The notes under the pieces were generated by a model. It saw only the letters and a list, made by a program, of their open reading frames with translations. It was not told where the DNA came from and did no database searches. A stretch of DNA of 20,000 nt, from assembly GCF_004010195.1 (NCBI RefSeq), contig NC_057711.1:71045628-71065627 (forward strand), read 5' to 3'. The translations under genes were made by a program, and so were the position numbers. Of the stretch, positions 1 to 10,444 are shown piece by piece. The DNA is from Chiloscyllium plagiosum (taxonomy: Eukaryota). How positions within the stretch are numbered: the first letter of the stretch is position 1; each line of letters begins with the position of its first letter.

Positions 1-3000
1 CACTGCTTTGTTTGCAAAGTTAAAACATCTGCAATCATTCCAGCATCAATTCTTTTTCAAGGTGACATTATCACATGCTTAACAGCTTTCCTAGTTTTTC
101 AAAGAGAGATCTTGCCTCTAAGACGCCACATAAATCTATCTCCTGTCAACATCACTCGGGTCACCGTTCAAAACATTTCTGAATATACTGTTACTTTGAG
201 GTTCATGTGTTTCAGTGTTTACTCTCTGATACAAATGTTGGGTAAATATTCAAAACTTATTATAATTTGACAATTGTTTCATTACAATTTCAGTGTAATA
301 ACATACTTTGATGCATAATAGGCCAATATCTTTGGAACAAGCTTTTTGCAAGTTTACGTGATTGGCACACATTAGGAAGAGTGTTAGAACCTTCTGCAAA
401 CGTGGCCAACAGCTGTAGTGTGATACCTTTATTACTCTGGGTCAAGAGTTGACTCTAAGTGATTTAAATAATGGCAACACAAGAACTAGATGTGAATTGG
501 ATCCACTTGATCTGCAGTGAAAGAAGTATCTTTTCAGCGGGATCATTGGATTTAAATGATGGATTATGGCAAAGGAGTAGTTGAAGAAAACATATGTTGT
601 ACAGAAAGACATTGAGCCTCAAACATTTGCGTGGCTATTGGGGGAATGCTGTTGAATTAATTAACTGGAACTTTGTTTTAGATCTTCAGATAAAGGCTTT
701 CAGTACTAACAATACATATAGATATAAATTTAGTTGTGCATTGGGTGACTTAGACAATAAAACCTTTTATAGCTTATTTAACTTTCCACTCTAGTGATCA
801 AAGTTATTAATTACTGTATAGAGAACAAATTCCCAATGGAGGAAAAGAAGTATCTGCATCCTACGACAAAATCTCAACTAAAGCAATGGATCTGTAAATG
901 TCAAATATCCAATGCCTCATTTCATGTAAGATCAAGATGAGCATGAAGCTACTTATTTAAATCAAGAATGATTTTTAAAATATAATTTGAACATTACTCC
1001 CTGAATGGGTATGCCTATTTTATTATATGTGATTTGCTACCTGCTGCTTTCACTATGCAATGCAATGGGAGAAAATTTGATCAGGGAATCAAGTTAAGGG
1101 CTGGATTGTAAATGGTTTTTGCACAGCCAGTTTAGAATAGGTATAAGCAATTTATGATCATCTAAGACCATTCAAATTCACACATCTATCAGAAATATGC
1201 TAAACCAGAGCTCTTAAATGATAATAAAAGAAATTATCTCTATTGAAAGTATCATTTGCAGGACCCCTATTTCATGGTTCCTAAAATAAGTCAAGTTCTG
1301 TTTTTTATCTCAAATTTTATCAGTATGTTGAGAAATGCATTGCAAAATTTGCTCCTACGGGGACTAAATGGAACAGCTTACTTTTTTTATTATTTGGCAT
1401 GACAGGATTTGAAGAATAGCACTTTTCAATGCCAGGCATTTTTGTAGGAGAAGCACAAATCTGTTTTTAACTTTTTTTTGTAAATGCTGAAGTGAGGTTT
1501 CCCCTGATGATTTAGTAGTTTGGCTTCAGGCAAGATGGTTTTGTTTCTTCTTGTTTGCACGATTGGAGTATTAATCATTGTAGATGTGAACATTTTTGCC
1601 TTCTAAACTTCACTGGAAAACTATTGGGTGAAAGTAATCATTTTCATAATGAGTTGCAAATGCAAAGGACCTAGAGTTATCCTGTTCCATTGCTTCATAG
1701 GGACTGAATAAAACACATTTTGCTTTTATTAAATGGGATGACAGAAATTCTAGCCATTTTGTGGTGATTACATTTCCCAATTGTGTTTCTTTTTAATTAA
1801 AGACATTGGTTTATGTTGAATAAATGAGTTAAATACAGTTTAAATCAAAAGGGATTGAAGTTTTATGCCACTGCTTGGTGGATCACATAGTAGAAGTTCA
1901 GCCCCCTTTTTATGAAAAACATTAATCTAAGATCTTAAAATTAGGCTAATGTGCTTTCCCCCTCACCATTATAATCACCAGCTGTTTTTGCACAAAGCTC
2001 CATTCTTCATGTGTGAATTTAGATATTGATTGTCAGTAGAATAAGAACATAATAGCCAAGCTTGATTCTGTTTTGAGCATAAACATCCTTTTGTTTCTAA
2101 CTAGTCCAACTACCATCACAGGATCAAGGTTGATAATTCTCCTCCCTAGACAAGGGAAGCTGAAGTAGCATATGGCATTCCCACAGCAGTCCAATGAAGT
2201 TCAGTTTCCAATATTTGGACAGAGATGGCATTCATGGGTCATGGGTCTTGACAGTTCATTTATCTATTGAGCTGAGGTAAGTTGTGCTTATTGTTGATTT
2301 GTTTGCGATGGCTTAGTAGAAGAAAAGAGAAATTATTCAAATAAATGACAAAGATGAATGACTACTTCATCAGAATACCCATTGGCATCAATTTCATGAA
2401 ACAGACTGGAGCTGAGGGAGCACTCAGCAGGATTTTACAGAAAACAAAGTTGCTTAACTCAGGAAAGTCTATGGTAAGTCCACTTAAACAGTGCATTGAA
2501 CCAAACAATCTACCAAACATACAAATAACATCAAAAAGTTATTGTAGACTTAACTGCAGCAACATGTACAATTCAAAAGCGCAATTTATTTTGCAAAATT
2601 CACTAGGTGGAGGCTATGCGACTTATATAAAAGATCATTCTCAGCAATTTACAGCAATGGCTCCAGGGATGAAGGATGGTATAATTTCCTAAACATCCTT
2701 ATGCTGGACAAGAATCATATTGTCATTCCAAGCAACCCTATGTCATTAACTACTGGCATCACTCCTGCACAAACCTCCAACCCGCTTATCGTCTACGACC
2801 ACATTTTGTCATATTTAATGATGCAACTTGTGATGTGCTCATGTTGCAAAGGAATCTATTGTTTTGATTTGCCAAAGCTCTCAGCATTGTATCCACTACT
2901 GAGCACTCCATCCTCTACTCCCATTTGAATATCGCCAGGCAGGTGCAGTGCGGGCAGAGATGGTTTGAGTGGATAGTTGTATACAGTAGTGGTTAAGGAT

Positions 3001-3508
3001 GAGCTGAATTGAGTTCCACCCAAAACATTATGTTACATTCTTGGGGTAGAGACAGTGAGGTCTACATAAGTCTTTATAGTGATCAAATGTATTCTCCACT
3101 TCTCCTGAAATTTCTTTCTAATTATGCCTGACTGGTAAAATAACTTTGCTTATTTCAACTATGCAATAAACTATGTCATTAACTAAGACAAGTGCCTTTG
3201 CTGTTTAGACTCACCATTGGTCTATCCTCTACCACTGATAATCAGACAGGGCATAGACCTCCATGTAGACAAAGGAGGATGGGTGGTAGCAATCTGCCTC
3301 AAACAATCCTTACCCTGTGCCATTTTCCTGGCCGAGATGGCAGGTACACCAAGTGCAAGCAGTGGCAATCATGCAAATACCAAAGATGGAAACAGGGTTT
3401 CTTCCTGTTGGGATGGATCTTGCCAACATTAGGACACTACAATGGCATGGGGGATTGAACTAGAGGCCATCTTCTAGCCTGTAAGTAGGTCAATGCAGCC
3501 TACCATAT

Positions 3509-4083
3509 AAAACTATATAAAACCCTTGTTAGGCCGCATTTGGAGTATTGTGTGCAGTTTTGGTCGCCACACTACCAGAAGGGCATGGAATGTTTGGAGA
3601 GAGTGCAAATAAGGTTCACCAGGATGTTGCCTGGTCTCAGGGGCATTGGCGATGAGGAAAGGTTAAAAAGCACTAGGATTGTTTTCACTGGAAAGACAGC
3701 AGCTGAGAGGAGATCTGATAGAAGTCAACAAAATTACGAGAAGCATAGGAAGGGTGGATCGCTAAAGGCTTTTCCCCACGGTCGAAGTTTCAATTACAAA
3801 GGAGCACAGGTTCAAGGTGAGAAGGGGAAAATTTAAGGGAGATGCGCAAGGGAACTTTTTCACGGTGTGAGACATGGTAGGAGCCTGGAATGGATTGCTG
3901 GAAGAGGTGGTGGAAGCAGGCACGTTAGGGACATTTAAGAGGAATCTGGCTGGGTAAGTGAATAGTAAGGGAGTACAGGGATATGGACCGAATAAGGGCA
4001 GAAAGTTTGTTTTTAGTTTAGTTCAGGCATGATGATTGGCACAGGCTTGGAGGGTCTGTGCTGTTCTTCTCTTTTGTTCTTTT
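3509..4083 (+). mobile_element. 5'-truncated CR1-clade LINE, 3' end (ORF2 C-terminus plus 3' UTR)
   Basis: Translates to LYKTLVRPHLEYCVQFWSPHYQKGMECLERVQIRFTRMLPGL, the conserved CR1 ORF2 C-terminal region. It frameshifts downstream and ends in a T-rich GTTCTTT-like tail similar to the element at 11536. Confidence 0.9.
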
Positions 4084-4257
4084 GGACCTGACAGTCTAGT
4101 TCAGTATGTATGCTGATGCCAATGTTTAATTGAATTGCAGCAGATGAGAGAGATTCCTTGTGTTATCTTACTTTCTTTTCATTAAGCTACGAGCTAACAG
4201 CCTTCTCGCACACAGTGATAGACAGTCTTTACCTGCAATACAGAGGTATCTTGAGGA

Positions 4258-4358
4258 CAAAAGTAGAAGTGTTGGAGGAAATCAGCAGTTCTGGCAGCAT
4301 CAGTAGAAAGAAAAATAGAGTTAATGTGTTGACTCCAATGAATCTTCACCAGAACTGG
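4258..4358 (-). mobile_element. Degenerate Penelope-like element terminal fragment
   Basis: The stretch gtgttggaggaaatcagcagttctggcagcatcagtagaaagaaaaatagagttaatg is similar to the reverse complement of the PLE terminal region at 11215-11300 and to 6640-6722. Confidence 0.6.
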
Positions 4359-4385
4359 AAAGTTATGTATTTATGCTGATAACGG

Positions 4386-4580
4386 AGTGTGTGTGTGTGT
4401 GTGGGTCTGGTTATGTCCGTGTGTGTCCATGTGTGTCCGTCCGTGTCCGTGTGTGTGTGTGTCCGGGTGTCAGTGTCTGTGTGTGTGAATGTGTGTCCAT
4501 GTGTGGGTGTCCATGTGTCTGTGTGTGTCCGTATCTGTGTGTGTCCTTGTGTGTGTATGTGTGTCCTTGTGTGTGTGTCC
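4386..4580. repeat. Compound (TG)n / (GTGTGTCC)n microsatellite
   Basis: TG-rich tandem array is directly visible. It explains the CV- and TH-repeat ORFs at 4346-4625. Confidence 0.95.
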
Positions 4581-4582
4581 AC

Positions 4583-4714
4583 AAGCACTAGCTTTCGGAC
4601 CGCTGCTCCTTCAACAGGTAGGTAGTGCTTCCAAATGAACCTGTTGGATTATAACCTGGTGTTGTGTGATTTTTAACTTTGTCCCCCACAGTCCAATACC
4701 GTTTCCTCCACATC
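4583..4714. mobile_element. Short PLE terminal fragment with an internal inversion (hammerhead-like segment on minus, tail on plus)
   Basis: 4583-4619 matches 18677-18713 in the same orientation. 4623-4675 (tagtgcttccaaatgaacctgttggattataacctggtgttgtgtgattttt) matches the reverse complement of about 18633-18684. Confidence 0.75.
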
Positions 4715-4735
4715 AGAGTATATGGAGACAGTGCC

Positions 4736-4790
4736 CAGAGAGAGAGAGAAACAGAGAAAGAGAGAAAAAAAGAAATAGACAAAGAGACTG
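4736..4790. repeat. GA-rich low-complexity tract
   Basis: agagagagagagaaacagagaaagagagaaaaaaagaaatagac is directly visible. Confidence 0.8.
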
Positions 4791-4967
4791 GAGAATAGTT
4801 CCACCACCGTGACTTTCACAGTATACTAACGCCCAAACCCAGACTGGCGCAAATGAAAGCATTTAGTCCTAATGGCACATTCCAGTAGAGTTGAAATTGT
4901 CTTTGAACCTCAATTATCGTGTACTATTCAAGGAGAAAAATACAAAATAAGTCTCTAGTTTGGGACG

Positions 4968-6247
4968 TAGAGTCATAGCGGTGTACAGCATGGAAACAGA
5001 CACTTCGGTCCAACTCGTCCATGCCAACTAGATATCCCAACCTAATTTTGTCCCATTTGCCAGCACTTGGCCCATATCCCTCTAAACCCTTCTTATTCAT
5101 AGCCCCATCCAGATGCCTCTTAAATGCTGTAATTGTATGAGCTTCTACCATTTCCTCTGGCATCTCATTCTATATACGCACCATCCTCAGTGTGAATAAG
5201 TTGCCCCTTAGGTCCCTTTTATATCTTTCCCCTCTCACACTAAACCTATGATCTCTAGTTCTGGACTTCTCTACTACAAGGAAAAGACCTTGTCTATTTA
5301 TCCTATCCATGCCCCTCATGATTTTATAAACCTCTATAAGGTCACCCCTCAGCCTCCGATGCTCCAGGGAAACAGCCCCAGCCTATTCAGCCTCTCCATA
5401 TAGTTCAAATACTCCATCCCTGGCAACACCCTTGTAAATCTTTTCTGAACCCTTTCAAGTTTCACAACATCTTTCCGATAGGAAGGAGACCAGAATTGCA
5501 GACAATATTCAAACAGTGGCCTAACCAATGTCCTGTACAGCCACAACATGACCTCCCAACTCCTGTACTCAATACTCTGACCAATAAAGGAAAGCATATC
5601 AAATGTCTTCTTCACTATTTTATCTACCTGAAACTCTACTTTGAAGGAACTATGAATCTGTATTCCAAGGTCTCTTTGTTCAGCAACACTCCCCAGGATC
5701 TTTAAGTGGTCTGATTTGCCTTTCCAAAATGCAGCACCTCACATTTATTTAAATTAAACTCATCTGCCACTCCTCAGCCCACTGGCCCATCTGATCAAGA
5801 TCCCATTGTAACCTTCTTTGCTGTCCGCTGCACCTCCAATTTTAGTGTCATCTGCACATGTACTAACTTTACCTCCTATGTTCACATCCAAATCATTTAT
5901 ATAAATGATGAAAAGCAGTGGACCCAGCACTGATCCTTGTGGCACTCCACTGGTCACAGGCCTCCAGTCTGAAAAGCAGCCCTCCACCACCCTCTGTCTT
6001 CTACCTTTGAGCCAGTTCTGTGTCCAAATGGTTAGTTCTCCCTGTATTCTGTGAGATCTAACCTTGCTAACCAGCCTCCAATGGGGAACCTTGTCAAATG
6101 CCTTACTGAAGTCCATAGAGATCATGTTTACCGCTTTGCCCTCATCAATCCTCTTTGTTACTTTTTCAAACTCAATCAAGTTCGTGAGACATGATTTCCC
6201 ATGCACAAAGCCATGTTGACTATCTCTAATCAGTTCTTGCCTTTCCA
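4968..6247 (-). mobile_element. 5'-truncated CR1 LINE (RT domain to 3' end), decayed
   Basis: Minus-strand frames give [43 protein letters not shown], a CADD variant of the F/YADD motif, and LYRTLVRPLFEYCLQFWSP. The 3' tail is (GACTCTAT)-type at 4968-4978. Multiple frameshifts. Confidence 0.95.
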
Positions 6248-6325
6248 CAGAGGAGTGGTTTGTTGTTGAGCACAGCGTTGGTATCCTCTTATTAGCTTTG
6301 TAGTCACAAGAGATCATGTTCCAAC

Positions 6326-6394
6326 CAGATAACCCAGCCAAGATGCTTGATTGGATGCAAAACACCCTCCACCTTCAAACTTCTACTTTGCCGT
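6326..6394 (+). repeat. 69-bp direct repeat, copy 1 (identical to 7017-7085)
   Basis: cagataacccagccaagatgcttgattggatgcaaaacaccctccaccttcaaacttctactttgccgt; base-by-base comparison shows no mismatch. Confidence 0.95.
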
Positions 6395-6627
6395 TAACCT
6401 GCTTCTCCTCCCCGCCGCCTCCCCCCTTTGTAAGGGCTATTGTTTGAAGTTCCTTTGCATGGGACATTCTGCGCGTCTCTCTCCAGACAGCAACTTGATT
6501 GGTACCTAAACCCATTATTGGCTGGTGGAATTACAAGTTAGCCATGTCCACAAGACTGTGGGGTCCTGACCTGTCATTGTTGCACTATTTATTTTGCATG
6601 AAGCAGCACACAATCTGGAGAATAAAA

Positions 6628-6723
6628 TGGAAAACTGCTGAGGCTGAAAATCTGAAACAAAAGCAGAAAGTGCTGAAGAAACTCAGTAGGGTCTGGAAAC
6701 ATCTGTGGAGAGTAAAACAGAGT
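6628..6723 (-). mobile_element. Old PLE terminal fragment
   Basis: aatctgaaacaaaagcagaaagtgctgaagaaactcagtagggtctggaaacatctgtggagagtaaaacagagt resembles the reverse complement of 11220-11295 (ctctccacagatgctgccagacccactgagtttcttcag). Confidence 0.7.
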
Positions 6724-6766
6724 CATACACAGCCTTAATAGTGGTGACTGGGATCACATTTTGGCT

Positions 6767-6980
6767 GGGAGAAAGTGAGGACTGCAGATGCTGGAGACCA
6801 GAGCTGAAAATGTGTTGCTGGAAAAGCGCAGCAGGTCAGGCAGCATTCAAGGAGCAGGAGAATCGACGTTTCGGGCATGAGCCCTTCCTTCCTATAGAAG
6901 GGCTCATGCCTGAAACATCGATTCTCCTGTTCCTTGGATGCTGCCTGACCCGCTGCGCTTTTCCAGCAACACATTTTCAG
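6767..6980. mobile_element. Palindromic non-autonomous PLE-derived mini-element with 15-bp target-site duplication
   Basis: Inverted arms 6804-6887 and 6897-6980 (84 bp, 5 mismatches, 9-nt loop). Flanked by gatcacattttggct at 6752-6766 and 6980-6994. The arm sequence resembles the PLE terminus at 16657-16750. Confidence 0.85.
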
Positions 6981-7016
6981 ATCACATTTTGGCTCACAAC
7001 ATAACCCATTTTTCAG

Positions 7017-7085
7017 CAGATAACCCAGCCAAGATGCTTGATTGGATGCAAAACACCCTCCACCTTCAAACTTCTACTTTGCCGT
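7017..7085 (+). repeat. 69-bp direct repeat, copy 2 (identical to 6326-6394)
   Basis: Direct sequence identity with 6326-6394. Confidence 0.95.
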
Positions 7086-7234
7086 CATCCTGCCAGGCAG
7101 CTGTTAAATGTTTGTCTGATGCTTGATTGGTTTTGCAGAGATGGCGACAGTGGGAGTGAATGAACCACTTATTTCCCATCTGATCTTTCACTCCACTGGA
7201 AATATAAAATAAGAATTAGCTGCAGAGATAGTCG

Positions 7235-7732
7235 AATATAAATGTTTAGAATTGCCCAAATTCTGGAAAGTCCTTGTGGATTGGCAGGGAGTGGGGACAA
7301 CACTGATATACAGGAAAGGAGGTAACGAGAAAACAGAGAACAATATATCTGCTAACCAGTAGTAGTGAAAAATGCTGAAATCTATTATTAAACATTCGAC
7401 GACTTCTGGCTGGAAAGTCTCCATCTTGGAATTATGGAACAAGAAATTCAAGAACAAGGAATTACAGAACACAGAAATAATAGTCAGAATAAGGATTAGC
7501 CTTTTGGGGCTGAAACAAAGAGAACGCTCTTCCACGAAGAGTTATGGATCTTTGGAATTCTCTACCCAGGGAGTTTTGAATGTTGAGGTGTTGAGTCAGA
7601 AATTGATAGAGTTTAGGAAACTAAGAGATTCAATAGATGTGGGAAAAGTAAATGTAAAAACTCTTATTGAACAACTGACAAAGTTCAAATGACTTAATGA
7701 TGTGCTCCTGCTTCTGATATTTATGTTCTAAT
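7235..7732 (+). mobile_element. Ancient, heavily decayed CR1 LINE remnants (pre-RT segment joined to 3' end)
   Basis: Pieces translate to SGKVLVDW...YRKGGNEKTEN...VV-KMLKSIIK, matching the CR1 pattern SGxVPxDWK...KKGGREKTGNYRPVSLTSVVGKMLESIIK. Downstream tggaattctctacccag and ctcctgcttctgatatttatgttct resemble a CR1 3' end. Confidence 0.6.
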
Positions 7733-7798
7733 GCTTTTTTTATCACAGATATTATCTGATATCGCTCGAACTATATTGCTATCCGTTCACTGTTGTTA

Positions 7799-7948
7799 GG
7801 TCAAAATCCTAAAACTCCCTTTCTAATAGCATTATAGCACCACAGTGGTTCAACATCTCATCACCACCTTTCCAAGGGCTATTAGGGGTGGATAAGAAAT
7901 GCTGGCCTTGTCACTAGAGTCTATATGTCATGAACAAATAAAATAAAA
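7799..7948 (+). mobile_element. 3' end of an old non-LTR retroelement with A-rich tail
   Basis: ggtcaaaatcct...caccacctttccaagggctattaggggtggataagaaatgctggccttg...catgaacaaataaaataaaa resembles, from memory, a LINE/SINE 3' end common in shark genomes. Not verified by search. Confidence 0.55.
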
Positions 7949-8129
7949 TGACATGTCAAGGTAAATACTCCTTGGTCTGTACACACATCATTGGGTCAAA
8001 ATAACTGCAGTGTGATTTATGATGGAAACCCACATTTCTTTCATGCCTTTCCTGACCTATCTCTTCTTTCAGAAGCAGTGACTATAGTGGCATGTCTCGC
8101 ACTACACCCACCATCAGGACATTAAGTAG

Positions 8130-8338
8130 AATTATGGAATTTTACTGAACAGACCATTTGGTCCAACAAGCCTACACTGGTATTTATCCTTCACATAAAC
8201 ATTCTCTTATCTAATTTCATCCTGTCTTTAAAATATATCCTTCTTTTCCTTTCTCCATTATGTACTTACTTGGCTTACCCTTAAGCACATCAACCACTGC
8301 ATGTGGCATTAAATTCCCTAATCTCAACACTCCGAGAA
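8130..8338 (-). mobile_element. Old CR1 3' end fragment
   Basis: cagaccatttggtccaacaag resembles the CR1 3' stem-loop region. cccttaagcacatcaaccactgcatgtggcattaaattccctaatctcaacactc resembles the antisense CR1 C-terminal region (RVVRxWN.LP..VV). Confidence 0.5.
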
Positions 8339-8958
8339 AAATAACAAACACTGCCAGCTGGCTGATAGAGACCAATAACAAACAGCAATAACTCATGCAA
8401 CAGCACATAAAATGAAAGGAATGCCAAGCTAAAAAAAATTACTTAGAAGTCTACAATGTCAGTACTGCCAAATTTAAATTGCTCGCTTTAAGGTTGAAAT
8501 CTCAAAAATGGCTGATTGGGTTGTTTATATAGCCCCTGTTTAGCACAGATGCTGAATTCCAGCCGTGCTTGCATAGCGCTTATTCTGAATTGTGAGAGGA
8601 ATAAGTAGTTCAAATAAAATTGGCATGCATACCAAAAGAAGAGCATCTTCTCTGCTTTCCTGACATTACTTGACCATGTTATTAGTAAACTCATGTATAT
8701 CATCATCAATCAACTTCCCTGGCCCTATACAGCTTTGAAGAATAAACACACAATAAATCAAATACATCCCAAGCCCCAGCTTGCTTTGCCCTTCCATCAG
8801 TCTCTTTGGGACTGACACTGGCCATGACCCTACCAGCTGATGCATGCATGCATGCAAAGAGGTTTATTGCAGGCTGGTGTTGTTGGGGGCAAGGTGCAAG
8901 TCACTGTCTGATTTCTTTGGCAACCGCCTACTGATGTTGTATTTCAAGGTTGCCTGTT

Positions 8959-9010
8959 GTGGCATTGTTGTGTTATGTCTCGAAAAGTGGCACTGTTGTG
9001 TTATGTCTCG
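8959..9010 (+). repeat. 24-bp direct repeat (2 copies, 1 mismatch, AAAA spacer)
   Basis: gtggcattgttgtgttatgtctcg at 8959-8982 and gtggcactgttgtgttatgtctcg at 8987-9010. Confidence 0.9.
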
Positions 9011-9074
9011 TGGTCAGTATGTCAATGGGCCATTAAGGGATGTGCTCATGACATGTATGCAGGGTTATGGATTA

Positions 9075-9239
9075 TATTTAAGGAGGAGCTTTTTAATGAG
9101 TAATATGTTAAAGGGTTATAAGGAATTGGCAGGGAAGTGGGGTTGAGGCCAAGGTGAAATCAGCCATGATTATATTAAATGGTGGAGAAGGCTTGAAAGG
9201 CTGAATTGCCTACTCCTTCTCCTAGTCCTTATGTTCTTA
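9075..9239 (+). mobile_element. CR1-type 3' UTR and tail fragment (HER1 LINE / HE1 SINE-like tail)
   Basis: aagggttataaggaattggcagggaagtgg...atcagccatgat...aaatggtggagaaggcttgaaaggctgaattgcctactccttctcctagtccttatgttctta is the typical CR1 3' end layout. Confidence 0.7.
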
Positions 9240-10444
9240 ACACACTATCATAGCCTGTGACCTGAGGGTATAAATATTTTATACTCTATCTTATGCCAGG
9301 ATCACTTGAAGCATGGCACACTACTGGAAGCATTCTGATATGCATACGTTAATAGCTGAATATTATCCCACTCACTGCTGTCCCTGAGTAATGTAATGCT
9401 AGTATAGAATAGTTAGAAAGTGAATAATTATCTGTTGGAGTTTTAATTACCATGACATGTGCACCCATTTTCACATGTGATGAGAGATAATATAATCATT
9501 GTGCGTCGGGTAAAGCACACAACTGGAAGCAAACTCACACCAGGCAACATTTTCCAAAAAGAAAAACAGCCATCAACTCCCTAAGACCCCATTCTTGATT
9601 TGGAATATTTTGTAGCAGCCTCCTATCATTTAAATGTATTCAAAGCACTTATGTGCTAAATAATGTCAGCCAATGTATTCAAAAGGACATTTATTCCTTT
9701 CCTTGGCTTGATACCAATCTTCCATTTTCACTTTGATCCCATTTCTTCCTGTATTGCAGTTATGGTCGTATTGCAACTTTAGCAGAATTTCTCACTGCTT
9801 ATACAGCAAGTTCCCCCTTTGTCACTGTGGAATCACAGCATTAAACAGAAGTCCTGTCCTACCAGAATACTATTACTTGGAGAAAAGGCTTTGGTGCATT
9901 GCATTTATAGATGCAAAATGAGTTACCTTTCTTTGATTCTGACTTCAAAAATGTTGACTTAAAATAGATCTCAAATTATTAATTCCTGTGATCTCTGATG
10001 ACACATAAGCTCCATTGGTTTTAACTGTTTTGGAAAAATGATTTATTATTATACATTTTGCTGGGACAGAATGAACAATATTTTTTGACATCCATTCCAA
10101 ATGTGTCAAAATGATGTTTATATGTATAGATGGTGTACATGAAATTTAAAAGAATAACTTGTCAGAGCCAGGAAAAGCAAAATCAATGAAGGAGCTTTCA
10201 TCTTCATTTGTTGGGCAGAAAAGCTTGAACAATTTGTGTCAAGAATTATTATTTCTTCTGGAAGTACAACCTCTTTGTCCTTGCTGCATATGAGCACAGC
10301 TTCCCTCTGGTGACCAACAAGTTGTGATCAATAATAATCAAGATTTTCAATTTGATTTGTGTTTCTCAGTAGCACCAGCTAGAAATAAAAACCTTTGTGT
10401 TTCCTGTATGACAGATTGGGACACTCTTCCAGAATTCCTAACAT

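Noticed and set aside
822..925. Possible coding exon (AG ... CAT|GTAAGA, one open frame)
   Set aside because: Weak polypyrimidine tract and the peptide is unrecognisable.
2345..2975. ORFs of 115 aa and 75 aa as host genes
   Set aside because: No recognisable domain. Faint LINE-like echoes (QQFTAMAPGMK; EHSILYSHL...WF) hint at ancient retroelement debris but are too weak to call.
4346..4625. ORFs rich in Cys-Val or Thr-His
   Set aside because: They are translations of the TG microsatellite.
6888..6925. Active hammerhead ribozymes in the palindrome and at 16722-16749
   Set aside because: The core boxes are mutated: CUAUAGA on one arm, no CUGA box on the other, and CUGUUGA...AAAA at 16722-16749.
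6705..7004. Two opposite-strand ORFs both containing MCCWKSAAGQAA
   Set aside because: An artefact of the palindromic insertion, not a gene pair.
6326..7085. CRISPR-like or LTR-pair reading of the 69-bp repeats
   Set aside because: Only two copies with a 622-bp interval, eukaryotic context, no cas genes, no TG...CA ends, and no PBS or TSD.
7148..7198. Hairpin cagtgggagtgaa / ttcactccactg with internal CTGA, resembling a C/D snoRNA
   Set aside because: Only about 50 nt, and the C box is non-canonical (GTGAATGA rather than RTGATGA).
9760..9921. Strong-looking splice acceptor followed by short open frames
   Set aside because: No recognisable protein and no convincing downstream GT donor.
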